32,000 nt of DNA, taken from NCBI GenBank assembly GCA_038893995.1, contig JAWAQK010000016.1, forward strand, positions 231 to 32,230, read 5' to 3'. A model generated the notes under the pieces. It was not told the origin of the DNA. It searched no databases and was given only the letters and a program-made list of their open reading frames with translations. Shown piece by piece: positions 10,164 through 19,090 of this stretch (position 1 is the first letter of the stretch; the number at the start of each line of letters is the position of its first letter). The position numbers and the translations under genes were made by a program. The DNA comes from Candidatus Thorarchaeota archaeon (lineage in GTDB: Archaea; Asgardarchaeota; Thorarchaeia; Thorarchaeales; Thorarchaeaceae).

Positions 10164-11531
10164 ATGTCCGAGTCACCTGTGGTGACGAAGCTGGACTACC
10201 TCACTGAGGCAATAGGCCTTGTCCAGGAGATGGTGCGTAATAGGTGCGTCAATCCACCGGGAAACGAGATGAGATCGATACGCTCCATCGAGAAGTACCT
10301 CAGCACCTACGGGGTCAGCTGTGACATCATGGAGTCAGCTCCAGACCGGGGCAACCTACTGTGTGTCGTCAAGGGGAGCGAGAAGCATCCCAGCCTGATG
10401 CTGGGTCCAGGTCACGTGGACGTGGTGCCGGTCGCAGACCCATCCATCTGGACCCACGATCCGTTCTCCGGGGAGATACACGATGGATGCATATGGGGCA
10501 GAGGCACTCTCGATATGCTATACGTCGTCGCTGCACAGGTCGTGGCTTTTGCTCAGCTCTGGCGGGAGGGGTTTAGGCCCAGAGGAGATCTCAAGCTCCT
10601 TGTCGTGTGTGACGAAGAGGCTGCCGGTACCTACGGCGCAGAGTGGCTGGTCAACACTCACCCCGACAAGGTGAAGGTCGACTACCTGATCACCGAGGGA
10701 GGCGGCTACGAGATCGCGCCCCACAGAGTCGCGTACAACCATGGAGAGAAGGGGGGAACCTGGCTGAGGTTGAGCACTAGGGGCAGAGAACAGCACGGTT
10801 CTATGCCCTTTGGATCAGACAATGCAGTCTTGAAGATGGCAGAGGCAGTGAGGAGGCTCGCCTGCTACAGGACACCAGTCTCCACTGACCACATACGGGA
10901 CCTCGTCCAGGACCTTCCCATGAGCTGGCTCTCAAAGAGAATCGTCACCAGTAGGCGCCTGCTTGACTTTGCCATCAGGAGTATCTCACGTACAGACCCG
11001 GCCCGTGCAAGCCTGCTCTACTCCATCAGCCGCATGACGATATCACCCAACTTGTGCAAGGGAGGTACAAAGGTCAACGTCGTTCCAGGCGAGGCGTATG
11101 TCGACGTGGACATACGTACTCTGCCCGGCCAAGACCAAGAGTACGTGGCGGAGCACCTGAAGAGGGCCCTTGGGCAGGCAGCGAAGTACGTGACTATCGG
11201 ACCTGTGCCTAGGGAGGCCGGCGCGACGCCGTCCTACGGTAATTCCAGCGACAAGAGGTCACCTCTAGTGGAGATCATGGAGCAGGTCGCCGCCGAGTGC
11301 CGCTCGGATGACACGAAGCTGGTACCCATGTTGATGCCTGGTGTGACAGACTGCAGGTTCTTCCGACAGAGATGGAACACCCAGGCCTACGGTTTCAGCC
11401 TGTTCGACAGTAGTATTCCCGTCGGCGAACTCATGAGAATGGCCCATGGCACAGACGAGCGTATATCTCTGGGGTCCATCGACATGTCTACCCGAGCCTA
11501 CATGGAGATAGCACGTCGGTTCCTGGCATAA
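10164..11531 (+). CDS. M20-family (ArgE/DapE/ACY1-like) metallopeptidase/deacylase
   Basis: Metal-binding motifs GPGHVDVVP, GRGTLDML and VVCDEEAAGTYGAEWL; dimerisation-domain-like GTKVNVVPGEAYVDVDIRTLPGQ; GVTDCRFFR near the end. GGAGG lies upstream of ATG 10164. Confidence 0.9.
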   Translation: MSESPVVTKLDYLTEAIGLVQEMVRNRCVNPPGNEMRSIRSIEKYLSTYGVSCDIMESAPDRGNLLCVVKGSEKHPSLMLGPGHVDVVPVADPSIWTHDPFSGEIHDGCIWGRGTLDMLYVVAAQVVAFAQLWREGFRPRGDLKLLVVCDEEAAGTYGAEWLVNTHPDKVKVDYLITEGGGYEIAPHRVAYNHGEKGGTWLRLSTRGREQHGSMPFGSDNAVLKMAEAVRRLACYRTPVSTDHIRDLVQDLPMSWLSKRIVTSRRLLDFAIRSISRTDPARASLLYSISRMTISPNLCKGGTKVNVVPGEAYVDVDIRTLPGQDQEYVAEHLKRALGQAAKYVTIGPVPREAGATPSYGNSSDKRSPLVEIMEQVAAECRSDDTKLVPMLMPGVTDCRFFRQRWNTQAYGFSLFDSSIPVGELMRMAHGTDERISLGSIDMSTRAYMEIARRFLA

Positions 11532-11596
11532 GCTCAAAAGAGGGGGTTCGTATCTGTTTCAGCGATGTTTGCATCAGCTTCAGGAAGGAGTGACAG

Positions 11597-11797
11597 ATGC
11601 CCCAGCTGAAATACGATCACCGGGTGAAGGCCAATTTTGCGTTTGACGCGACAAAGGTCGGGCTGCCCTCGCGACATCCATCCCTCATGCGGTTCACCGA
11701 GGTACTGTGGTACGGGAAGGACGATGAAGGATACTGCGTCTATAAGAAGGATCCCAAGACCGGCGAGGTCCTACGAATCGACTTTCTACCTCCGTGA
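11597..11797 (+). CDS. Small conserved-looking hypothetical protein (66 aa)
   Basis: Complete ORF with AAGGAG Shine-Dalgarno just upstream (aggaaggagtgacagatg) and normal codon composition. Confidence 0.55.
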   Translation: MPQLKYDHRVKANFAFDATKVGLPSRHPSLMRFTEVLWYGKDDEGYCVYKKDPKTGEVLRIDFLPP

Positions 11798-11888
11798 GGA
11801 CATTCGAGTCTCTTGACGGCAGTGCCCGCGACGTTCCCTTCAGGAGGATACGTCTGCACTCACACTCCTGGCAGCGGAGAGAAAGGCG

Positions 11889-12887
11889 ATGTTCCAACTG
11901 ACGAGAAGGATTCAGCCATGTCATGGTGACGACGGCGACTACATCACACTCGTGGGGTTCTTGCTAGAGTCCGCAAGAATCATCTGCCCCGGCTATGACC
12001 CTCCAGAGACGTGGGTCGAGCTGGGAGAGCAGACCCAGCCAGACGGCACCAGGGTATCTCGGACAACACTGGGAGACCACAGGACAGGAATGACGGTCAC
12101 CGTGAGTATGCGTCACGAGGCTGGGTCTGAAACGCCTGTAGAGGACCAGGTGGGGGTCGTTGCACACGGTCTACCCCCGGGAATCGTCCTAGAGATACGA
12201 ATGTCAAGACAGCGGGAGGGACCTCGATGCGTCGAGCTTACAGTCTCGGGAGCTGAAGAGGATGTTCAGAGTGTGCTCGACAGATTCGAGAAGTTCTTCT
12301 CAGACAGAGATGCGTCACAGGAGTCAAGACTTGCGTACCTGCTGAGATCAACCGCGGTCTCAGCCCGACTACATGCCTGGCGTACCACCGAGTCGAAGGC
12401 ACTCAGATGCCTCGAGATCGACCCGCACAATCCCGAGGCAACGATGTACCTCGGTATCGCAAGGGCCGAACAGGGATTCGATGCTGAAGGAGAGGGTCTG
12501 CTCCTTGCGTCACTGATGCTGGACCCCAAGAACGTCAGGGCCTACTACCACTCGGCAATGGTGGCTCTTCGACAGGGCAGATGCCTGACGGCAGCAGATT
12601 TTCTGTCCCATGCAAGGTCTTTGAACCCTCAAGACCATCTGGTTCTGTATCACCTCGGAAAAGCACTGGAGGGGATGGGTCGCCTGAAGGACGCACTCAA
12701 TGCATACATGGAGGCACTGAATGCTTCGCCACCCGCGCAGTGGGATGCAGGATTCGACACGGTCGACTTTCGCAGCCTCGCGTCGGCCTCAGTCGATAGA
12801 CTCAGGGCGGCTGCCGATGGCGAGGCAAGAGCTGCGAATGCCTGCACGGATGGCCCGCTGGGCGACCAAGTCTTCTCCGTCGATTAG
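11889..12887 (+). CDS. TPR-repeat protein with a divergent N-terminal domain
   Basis: C-terminal tetratricopeptide-like repeats (ALRCLEIDPHNPEATMYLGIARAEQG, LLLASLMLDPKNVRAYYHSAMVALRQGR, FLSHARSLNPQDHLVLYHLGKALEGMGRLKDALNAYMEALNASP). Confidence 0.75.
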   Translation: MFQLTRRIQPCHGDDGDYITLVGFLLESARIICPGYDPPETWVELGEQTQPDGTRVSRTTLGDHRTGMTVTVSMRHEAGSETPVEDQVGVVAHGLPPGIVLEIRMSRQREGPRCVELTVSGAEEDVQSVLDRFEKFFSDRDASQESRLAYLLRSTAVSARLHAWRTTESKALRCLEIDPHNPEATMYLGIARAEQGFDAEGEGLLLASLMLDPKNVRAYYHSAMVALRQGRCLTAADFLSHARSLNPQDHLVLYHLGKALEGMGRLKDALNAYMEALNASPPAQWDAGFDTVDFRSLASASVDRLRAAADGEARAANACTDGPLGDQVFSVD

Positions 12888-12900
12888 GGCAAGAGCCCTA
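12885..12900. terminator. Hairpin between convergent genes (possible bidirectional terminator)
   Basis: Perfect inverted repeat TAGGGC-AAGA-GCCCTA between stops at 12887(+) and 12908(-). No long T-run. Confidence 0.35.
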
Positions 12901-12907
12901 TCAGATG

Positions 12908-13735
12908 TCATTCTCTTGGCCTGTCGCTGCCAGTACCCTCTTGCCCGACACTCAGTATGAAGTCTGCGATCAGCCTGGCGAGCCGCTCGTGCTGCTCCAC
13001 ATCGGGACTGTGACCGCAGTCCTCGAGGATGACCAGCCGTGAACCACGTATTCTCTCATTCATCATTCGGGCCATTGCAGGGTCCATTATGCGGTCCTTG
13101 CTTCCATGGACTATGAGCACAGGCACACTGATCTCACCCAATCGGTCGACCACATCAAAGCTGGAGAAGCCAAGGACAGAACTGACATCAAACCGTCGAG
13201 CATCCTCCAAGAATCTACGCTTGAGTCGGTCCATGAGGTCCGGATTGTCCTCGATGAAACTCTCCGTAAAGGCATCCCTCGTCGAGGCCCACCAGTAGGC
13301 CTCGTCACCCCCCTGGAGCTGTGCCTCTCTCCACGAGTATACGACATCGATCAGTTGTTCAGTGACACACGGGGTTGTCGACACGAGGACGGCTGCAGAC
13401 ACATGACGAGGAAAGTCAAGGAGCATCTGAAGGAGGACCATTCCGCCCATGGAGATGCCCACGACCGGTGCCCGTTCAATTGAGAGATGCGACATCAACC
13501 CGGCAATGTCTGCAGCATAGTCTGATGGCATGCTCATTCCCTCTGGGCAGTCTGACGACCCGTGACACCGTAGGTCGGGCATGATGACCCTGAATCGTTC
13601 AGACAGGTGAGGTTCGACGAATTCCCACGACCGGTGATCACCACCCAGACCATGGACAAGCACTAGAGGGGGTCCATTCCCGACTGCCTTCAGATTGAGC
13701 ATAGTTCCTCTGATGTCTATTCTCTGCAAGTTCAC
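12908..13735 (-). CDS. Alpha/beta hydrolase
   Basis: VLVHGLGGDHRSW oxyanion region, nucleophile elbow GISMGG, acid HGSKD, catalytic His DCGHSPDVEQ. Confidence 0.9.
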   Translation of the reverse strand: MNLQRIDIRGTMLNLKAVGNGPPLVLVHGLGGDHRSWEFVEPHLSERFRVIMPDLRCHGSSDCPEGMSMPSDYAADIAGLMSHLSIERAPVVGISMGGMVLLQMLLDFPRHVSAAVLVSTTPCVTEQLIDVVYSWREAQLQGGDEAYWWASTRDAFTESFIEDNPDLMDRLKRRFLEDARRFDVSSVLGFSSFDVVDRLGEISVPVLIVHGSKDRIMDPAMARMMNERIRGSRLVILEDCGHSPDVEQHERLARLIADFILSVGQEGTGSDRPRE

Positions 13736-14045
13736 TCACCACCAGTGACGCCAATGAGTAGCGGAAGACCTTGCACTGACCAGTGTCCAGCCATCTTAAT
13801 ATGTTCGTTTGTCACGAGTGCATCCTGACAATGACCACAGTAACGTCGAAGCTACGATACAGCGACAACTCCTCTATCCCGGACAGCTCTGACATGTCAT
13901 CTCACCTACAGAAACATCCGGTGATTCTTGCTACTTCACATACATCAGGTCACGGTCCTAGTTCTCAATGTCCGGCAGCAGTGTATTCACCTGGACGGGG
14001 GGCGGGTCGATCAAGTTGTCCATGCGGTCGATCGACCGTATACAA

Positions 14046-14083
14046 GATACTGCCACATGGCCTACTACTGGCCAGACAGTATC
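14046..14083. other. Intergenic stem-loop
   Basis: gatactg(ccaca)tggcc-tactact-ggcca(ga)cagtatc: outer 7-bp and inner 5-bp perfect stems. Confidence 0.4.
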
Positions 14084-14236
14084 ACGATTCGACACACAGG
14101 CTGACCTCGCGTGGCCTTCGCTGGAGGCGCGGACGCAGTGTAACTTGCCATCACGCTGAATGCGATCCTCCTGCATCTCCAACGGCCCACGAGAGACTAG
14201 GTCAGACTGTCCTATTGCACTCAGCCTCCTCTCAGG

Positions 14237-16531
14237 GTGGATCCCATGACTACGTCACCGTACGGTAATTCTTCCTCTATCCACGCTGTTGTCCTTTGGG
14301 CAGCGACTGGAATCCTGGCTGCGACAGTCCTATGGATCGTCACCCTTCCAGCCTGGGAAGGGGAGCCTATCCTGGCATCCAGCATGTTTGATTCGCTCAC
14401 AGTGTTCACGTCGGCGGTCTGTGCTGGTACTATCTTAGTACGTCATGCTGACATGGGTATTGACAGACCGACGCTGTTCCACATACCATTCATCTACTCC
14501 GCTGTGACGTACGCATACAGGGTTGCTCAGGTCATATTCGGGAACCAGACATATATCGCCAGGTCAGTCGAGTATGCATTGCTGGATGTCTTCAACGCCA
14601 GTGTCTTCTCTGCAACAGTACTCTTGGCCACACTCGTCAACACTGGTATGGTTAGATGCTCCTGGGACGGTTGGGCCACCTCGTCCCTTGCTATCGTGTT
14701 CGCGCTCTCCGAGATATCAATGCATCCCATCCTCTTCGCGATCCAAGCTACATACCAAGCTCCCACCCTTTTCGCAGCAGGTGTGATATCATCCATAGCC
14801 CTGTTGACCACTGCTCAGATAACATGGGTGAAGATGAAGGGCATCCGGGCCTATCGTTCGTCGGTACTAATAGCAGGATTCCTCATGCTTGTCCTGTCCT
14901 GGGGCCACACAGTGTTCAATACTCTCCATGCCGGCGCGTCCTGGAGCCTATCTCCAGTCCTCAGGCTTATCGGTATGCAGCTGGTGTTCATGTCGGGTGC
15001 ACTGCCGCACCTTCGGATGGCCGGATGGGGAAAGCGGCCCACCCTCATATACGTCGTCATTCTGTCATCAGTAGTCATCTTGCCAGCGGCCACTGCGGCC
15101 GTGACGACCTGGGCAATCCACGGTAGCATCCTTCCCCAGTACCAGACGTACGCGTTGATTCATGCCGGCGCTGCTGTGCTCTCATCTAGCATGTCAGTCC
15201 TCGTCATTTTCTACGACAAGGGCAGATTTTCCGGGGCTAGATATCCAATTGCTGCGTCCCTGACCTCATGGTCGGTCGTCGAAACTGTGCAGGTGATCAC
15301 AGCGATCTCGGCTCGCACCATTGTTGATGCAGACTCGGCTCTGCGCAATCAGCTGGTGGGTGCGGTGACCACACTGTTGCTCTTGAGCCTGGCCCTCCGC
15401 TGGATCGTGACACCTCCACCAGAAGGTTCTCGCAAGAAGTTGAGACTGATGCACATTGGCGTGATAGGTGGAACCCTGGCTGGCATTGGTATTCTGAAGG
15501 TCATACACGATGCCACTCTGGCAGTGATTGGATCTGCGACTCTGACCAATGCAGTCCGCGTCACGATAGTGGTCATCGTACTTTTCATCGCCTTTGTCTA
15601 TGCATACTTGGACCTCGTTGCTGCATCTGCGACTAGGGGCAGGGTCACGATAGACCTCTTTGCAGTCCGGTTCATCATTGTCTGGGTTGTCCCCTCTCTG
15701 GTGAAGGCCATCTGTCCTCACACATCCGCGGGATGGTGGGTCGCAGAGGTGGTGCTGTTTGCCGGTCTTCTAATTGGTCCAGTCATCATGGGACACTTCT
15801 ACATAATCGAGATTAATGAGAGGGAGGCTCACGCCAGACGCGCAGCGCTGTACGCAGACCTCCTCATGCATGACATCTCCAACTATCATCAGGCACTATC
15901 ACTGTCTCTGGGACTGATCGAGTCAGGCAAGCTGGGTGAAGCCGAGGTCCGGAATGTCCTGAAGAGCGCAAACGAGTGCCTAGCGAGGGCAGACGACATT
16001 ATTCTCAACGTCAGAAGAATCGGTGCAATCAGCAGCGCAGAGGGGTCGGCTCTCGTAGTGACAGACATAGTAGAGGTCGCTCAGGAGGCTCTCAGGACCG
16101 TGGCAACCAGGAACGCAGGGCAGGAAATCAAGTTAGAAATCAACAGAAAACCGGGCGAGTGTTTCACCATGGCGAGCCCACTACTGCTAGACGTGTTTCT
16201 GATCCTCCTCTCAGGAGCTGCTGAGGGCGTCGGAGAACCGATCATAAATATCGAGATCACACCCCGAAAGACAGCAAGCCGTTCTCTCTGGGATGTATCA
16301 CTGACAGATTACAGAGGACGATCAGAACAGCCGGACCGGCCTATAGCGCTGGGAGAGAATATGAATGGTGGGGTCAGCCTTGGATTCTACGTGGCGAGCC
16401 TACTCGTCGAGAGCTTCGGAGGAGAACTGTCTGTGAGAAACATTGTTCCAGACCGATCCTCTGCAGGAACTGTCTATCTGCTCCGACTGCCCCGCGTCGA
16501 AAACCCGAGGCAGGATCGGGGCGCCCGGTGA
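14237..16531 (+). CDS. Multi-pass membrane sensor histidine-kinase-like protein
   Basis: Many predicted TM segments at the N-terminus, then H-box-like DLLMHDISNYHQALSLSLGLIESG, then a HATPase-like region (DVSLTDYRGR; GGVSLGFYVASLLVESFGGELSVRN). Start at 14237 or ATG 14246. Confidence 0.8.
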   Translation: MDPMTTSPYGNSSSIHAVVLWAATGILAATVLWIVTLPAWEGEPILASSMFDSLTVFTSAVCAGTILVRHADMGIDRPTLFHIPFIYSAVTYAYRVAQVIFGNQTYIARSVEYALLDVFNASVFSATVLLATLVNTGMVRCSWDGWATSSLAIVFALSEISMHPILFAIQATYQAPTLFAAGVISSIALLTTAQITWVKMKGIRAYRSSVLIAGFLMLVLSWGHTVFNTLHAGASWSLSPVLRLIGMQLVFMSGALPHLRMAGWGKRPTLIYVVILSSVVILPAATAAVTTWAIHGSILPQYQTYALIHAGAAVLSSSMSVLVIFYDKGRFSGARYPIAASLTSWSVVETVQVITAISARTIVDADSALRNQLVGAVTTLLLLSLALRWIVTPPPEGSRKKLRLMHIGVIGGTLAGIGILKVIHDATLAVIGSATLTNAVRVTIVVIVLFIAFVYAYLDLVAASATRGRVTIDLFAVRFIIVWVVPSLVKAICPHTSAGWWVAEVVLFAGLLIGPVIMGHFYIIEINEREAHARRAALYADLLMHDISNYHQALSLSLGLIESGKLGEAEVRNVLKSANECLARADDIILNVRRIGAISSAEGSALVVTDIVEVAQEALRTVATRNAGQEIKLEINRKPGECFTMASPLLLDVFLILLSGAAEGVGEPIINIEITPRKTASRSLWDVSLTDYRGRSEQPDRPIALGENMNGGVSLGFYVASLLVESFGGELSVRNIVPDRSSAGTVYLLRLPRVENPRQDRGAR

Positions 16532-16733
16532 TGTGTAAAGCCTGAGAGAATGCCAGCTCAATGTCACTGACGAGTCCATTGGGAAAGGCTCTCAAGGATT
16601 GTCACTGGGAATCAGGTGCATCACAGTGCGTTGCCCTGAAGTAGAATGCCTTCGGCCAAGAGGTCAAGATGCGAATTCGACGATTGCTTCTGGACCGATA
16701 CCGTTGTATTGAGGGCATGTGGGAGGTCCTGTG

Positions 16734-17339
16734 ATGAATCCAAGATTCCATGATGTGCTCTTTGGTCGGCGAAGCGTACGAAAGTATTCAGACGCTGACG
16801 TCACGGATGATGTGATTTTGCGTCTCGTCCAAGCAGCACTTGCAGCCCCCTCCGCACATAACTCACAGCCAGCAAGGTTTGTCGTGCTTCGCAGGGGTGA
16901 GACCAGGAGTAGACTCATCAGGCGAATGGCAGACAGATACTTGGCAGACATGACTGCGGATGGCCTGGACCCAGAAACGATACGGGAGAGACTTCAGGAA
17001 TCGGATCGACTCCTAGGAGGAGCCCCGATCATCATACTCGTCTGCCTGACCATGCGCAACATGCACACATATCCGGACGATGTAAGATCGAGCCATGAGT
17101 ACACCATGGCCGTCCAGAGTACGTCTGCAGCAATCCAGAACATCCTTCTGGCTGCGCACGCAGAGGGACTTGGTGCCTGTTGGGTCTGCGCACCGCTGTT
17201 CTGCAAGGACGTTGTCAAGTCCGAACTGGGTCTTCCCGACGACTACGACCCGCAGGCATTTGTGCTGCTCGGCCATCCGGCTGAGAACCCACCTCTACCC
17301 CCTAGGAGGACGACCGAGGAAGTCATGCGGATAATGTAG
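16734..17339 (+). CDS. Nitroreductase-family FMN-dependent oxidoreductase (candidate dehydro-F420-0 reductase, FbiB C-terminal-domain-like)
   Basis: RRSVRKYSDADVTDDVILRLVQAALAAPSAHNSQPARFVVL and AIQNILLAAHAEGLGACWVCAPLF motifs. GGGAGGT at 16721-16727 is spaced for ATG 16734 (the ORF track starts at GTG 16719). It lies 3 bp before the cofD ORF. Confidence 0.85.
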   Translation: MNPRFHDVLFGRRSVRKYSDADVTDDVILRLVQAALAAPSAHNSQPARFVVLRRGETRSRLIRRMADRYLADMTADGLDPETIRERLQESDRLLGGAPIIILVCLTMRNMHTYPDDVRSSHEYTMAVQSTSAAIQNILLAAHAEGLGACWVCAPLFCKDVVKSELGLPDDYDPQAFVLLGHPAENPPLPPRRTTEEVMRIM

Positions 17340-17342
17340 TGG

Positions 17343-18296
17343 GTGATGGTAATGAGAGTCGTCGCACTGTCAGGCGGCATTGGCGGAGCCAAGCTTGCAC
17401 TCGGACTCTACCGTGTCCTCTCGCCTGGTGAGCTCACAATAGTTGGAAACACGGGCGATGATATCGAGATGTTTGGTCTTCATATCTCTCCTGATCTCGA
17501 TATCGTGATGTACACTCTCAGCGGAAGGGCGGATCCACAGAAGGGGTGGGGCATCGCTGGGGACACGTTCCACTTTCTGGACGAGCTGTCCAGAGCGTAT
17601 CATCTCGACACCTGGTTTGGACTCGGGGACCGTGACATTGCAACACATGTCCTGAGGACAGAGATGCTGAAACGTGGAGAACCGCTGTCGAGCGCGACCA
17701 GACAACTGTGTCAAATGTCTGGACTGACTGACATGACGCTCCTACCGATGACGGATGATACTGTCTGCACCAGGGTAGACATCGGTGATGTTGAAACAAT
17801 CCACTTTGAAGAGTACTTTGTGAAGCGTCAGTGCAGAGACAGGATCTATGGAGTGTCCTACGCAGGCTCAGAAACCGCAGCACCGGCTCCGGGAGTAATA
17901 GAGGCTATCGAAGTGGCAGACATCCTTGTCGTGTGTCCAAGCAACCCCATCGCTTCAATAGGGCCGATCCTCTCAGTGCGGCAGATCAGAGAGGCTATGC
18001 ATTCCGTCGACTGCCCAGTGGTGGTGGTCTCACCCCTAGTTGGCGGGAGGGCAATCAAGGGGCCTACGGAGGAGTTCATGCGAGGACTGGGGTACGATGT
18101 GTCGGTCCTTGGGGTGGCAGACTACTACAGAGACATGATGACCCATCTCGTGATAGACACGCGGGATATGGAGTACAGTAATGAGTTGAGTGCACGGGGT
18201 GTCGTACCCATTGTGACGAACACTGTGATGCAGACCACAGACGACAAGGTGCGGCTGGCCAGGGAGGTGATTAAGGCTGCGTCCGTTGGCGACTGA
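17343..18296 (+). CDS. cofD: 2-phospho-L-lactate (or phosphoenolpyruvate) transferase CofD
   Basis: ALSGGIGGAKLALGLYRVL, VGNTGDDIEMFGLHISPDLDIVMYTLSG, CPSNPIASIGPILSV: characteristic CofD motifs. Exact start is ambiguous among 17343, 17346 and 17352. Confidence 0.93.
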   Translation: MMVMRVVALSGGIGGAKLALGLYRVLSPGELTIVGNTGDDIEMFGLHISPDLDIVMYTLSGRADPQKGWGIAGDTFHFLDELSRAYHLDTWFGLGDRDIATHVLRTEMLKRGEPLSSATRQLCQMSGLTDMTLLPMTDDTVCTRVDIGDVETIHFEEYFVKRQCRDRIYGVSYAGSETAAPAPGVIEAIEVADILVVCPSNPIASIGPILSVRQIREAMHSVDCPVVVVSPLVGGRAIKGPTEEFMRGLGYDVSVLGVADYYRDMMTHLVIDTRDMEYSNELSARGVVPIVTNTVMQTTDDKVRLAREVIKAASVGD

Positions 18297-18966
18297 AAGT
18301 GTCATCGTTGTCATGCCAGTGAAGGGACTCAGAGACTCCAAGAGCCGACTGAGAGGCATCATGCCGGATAGCGACAGGATGGAACTGGCCCTGACAATGC
18401 TGGGCGACACTCTGAGGGCTATCCTCGCCAGCCGGGTCGCCTCGAGGACTCTGGTCATCACTCCTGACACTTCGGTGACAAATGTGGCGAATGCTATCGG
18501 GGCAGAGACCGTAATCGATGACTCGGACCTGAATGGTGCTGTCGCCCGGATGTCCGACCTGGTCCATAGTGAGAATCCTCATGCCATGATGGTGGTCATT
18601 CCCTGTGACGTGCCGCTGCTCAGACCTGCGACACTCCAGGAAATCGTCACCAGGGCAAGGCAGCTGGGCCCACCACTAGTGATGGCAACACGCTCAAAGG
18701 ACAATGGAACAAACATGCTGTTGATGAATCCGGCCGGCATCATCCGTCCGCGCTTTGGGCCCGACAGCTTTGAGGCACACAGGCAGGAAGCAATTCGTTC
18801 AGGGGCCAGGTTCGAACAGTATGTGGACACAGACCTGGAGTTTGATATTGACCGCGAGGAAGATGTGATGCTGCTCGGCAGCAGCAAGACCGATATAGAA
18901 TCTCAGAGACTGGTGCGAGAGATCCTGAGATCACACCACGCACAGGGCACAGGTCATCACCACTGA
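18286..18966 (+). CDS. cofC: CofC/FbiD-type 2-phospho-L-lactate (or PEP) guanylyltransferase
   Basis: VIVVMPVKGLRDSKSRL nucleotide-binding signature, IPCDVPLLRPATLQEIV, FGPDSFEAHRQEAIRSG, FDIDREEDV. Overlaps the cofD stop. Start is TTG 18286 or CTG 18277. Confidence 0.88.
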   Translation: MATESVIVVMPVKGLRDSKSRLRGIMPDSDRMELALTMLGDTLRAILASRVASRTLVITPDTSVTNVANAIGAETVIDDSDLNGAVARMSDLVHSENPHAMMVVIPCDVPLLRPATLQEIVTRARQLGPPLVMATRSKDNGTNMLLMNPAGIIRPRFGPDSFEAHRQEAIRSGARFEQYVDTDLEFDIDREEDVMLLGSSKTDIESQRLVREILRSHHAQGTGHHH

Positions 18967-19058
18967 TACTCAACCGGGCTCGAAAGAGACCAGGTGGACG
19001 GTCCGAGCATTCGGGGACTGGTTCGTGCATCGTCACAGTCGTAGTCGACAGGAGGGCC

Positions 19059-19068
19059 ATACTTAAAG
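19059..19068 (+). promoter_or_regulatory. Candidate archaeal TATA box for the BMP transporter operon
   Basis: ATACTTAAAG centred about 27 nt upstream of ATG 19091, implying a near-leaderless transcript. Confidence 0.45.
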
Positions 19069-19090
19069 GCCGCGATACCCAATAGATGAC

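Noticed and set aside
12908-13735. The two alpha/beta hydrolases (also 29961-30695) as a toxin or defence effector pair
   Set aside because: Both are ordinary catalytically intact alpha/beta hydrolases with no partner architecture. They are about 16 kb apart and unlinked.
13783-14268. 161-aa plus-strand ORF and 74-aa minus ORF in the intergenic region
   Set aside because: Low-complexity, Ser/His/Arg/Cys-rich translations without SD or domain character, and overlapping the real start of the sensor gene.
15266-15721. 151-aa minus-strand ORF within the sensor gene
   Set aside because: Antisense to a strong membrane-protein ORF; His/Asp/Gln-rich composition is typical of an antisense shadow frame.
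18740-19060. 106-aa minus-strand ORF
   Set aside because: Overlaps the well-supported cofC on the opposite strand; the sequence is Cys/Pro/Arg-rich and looks non-coding.
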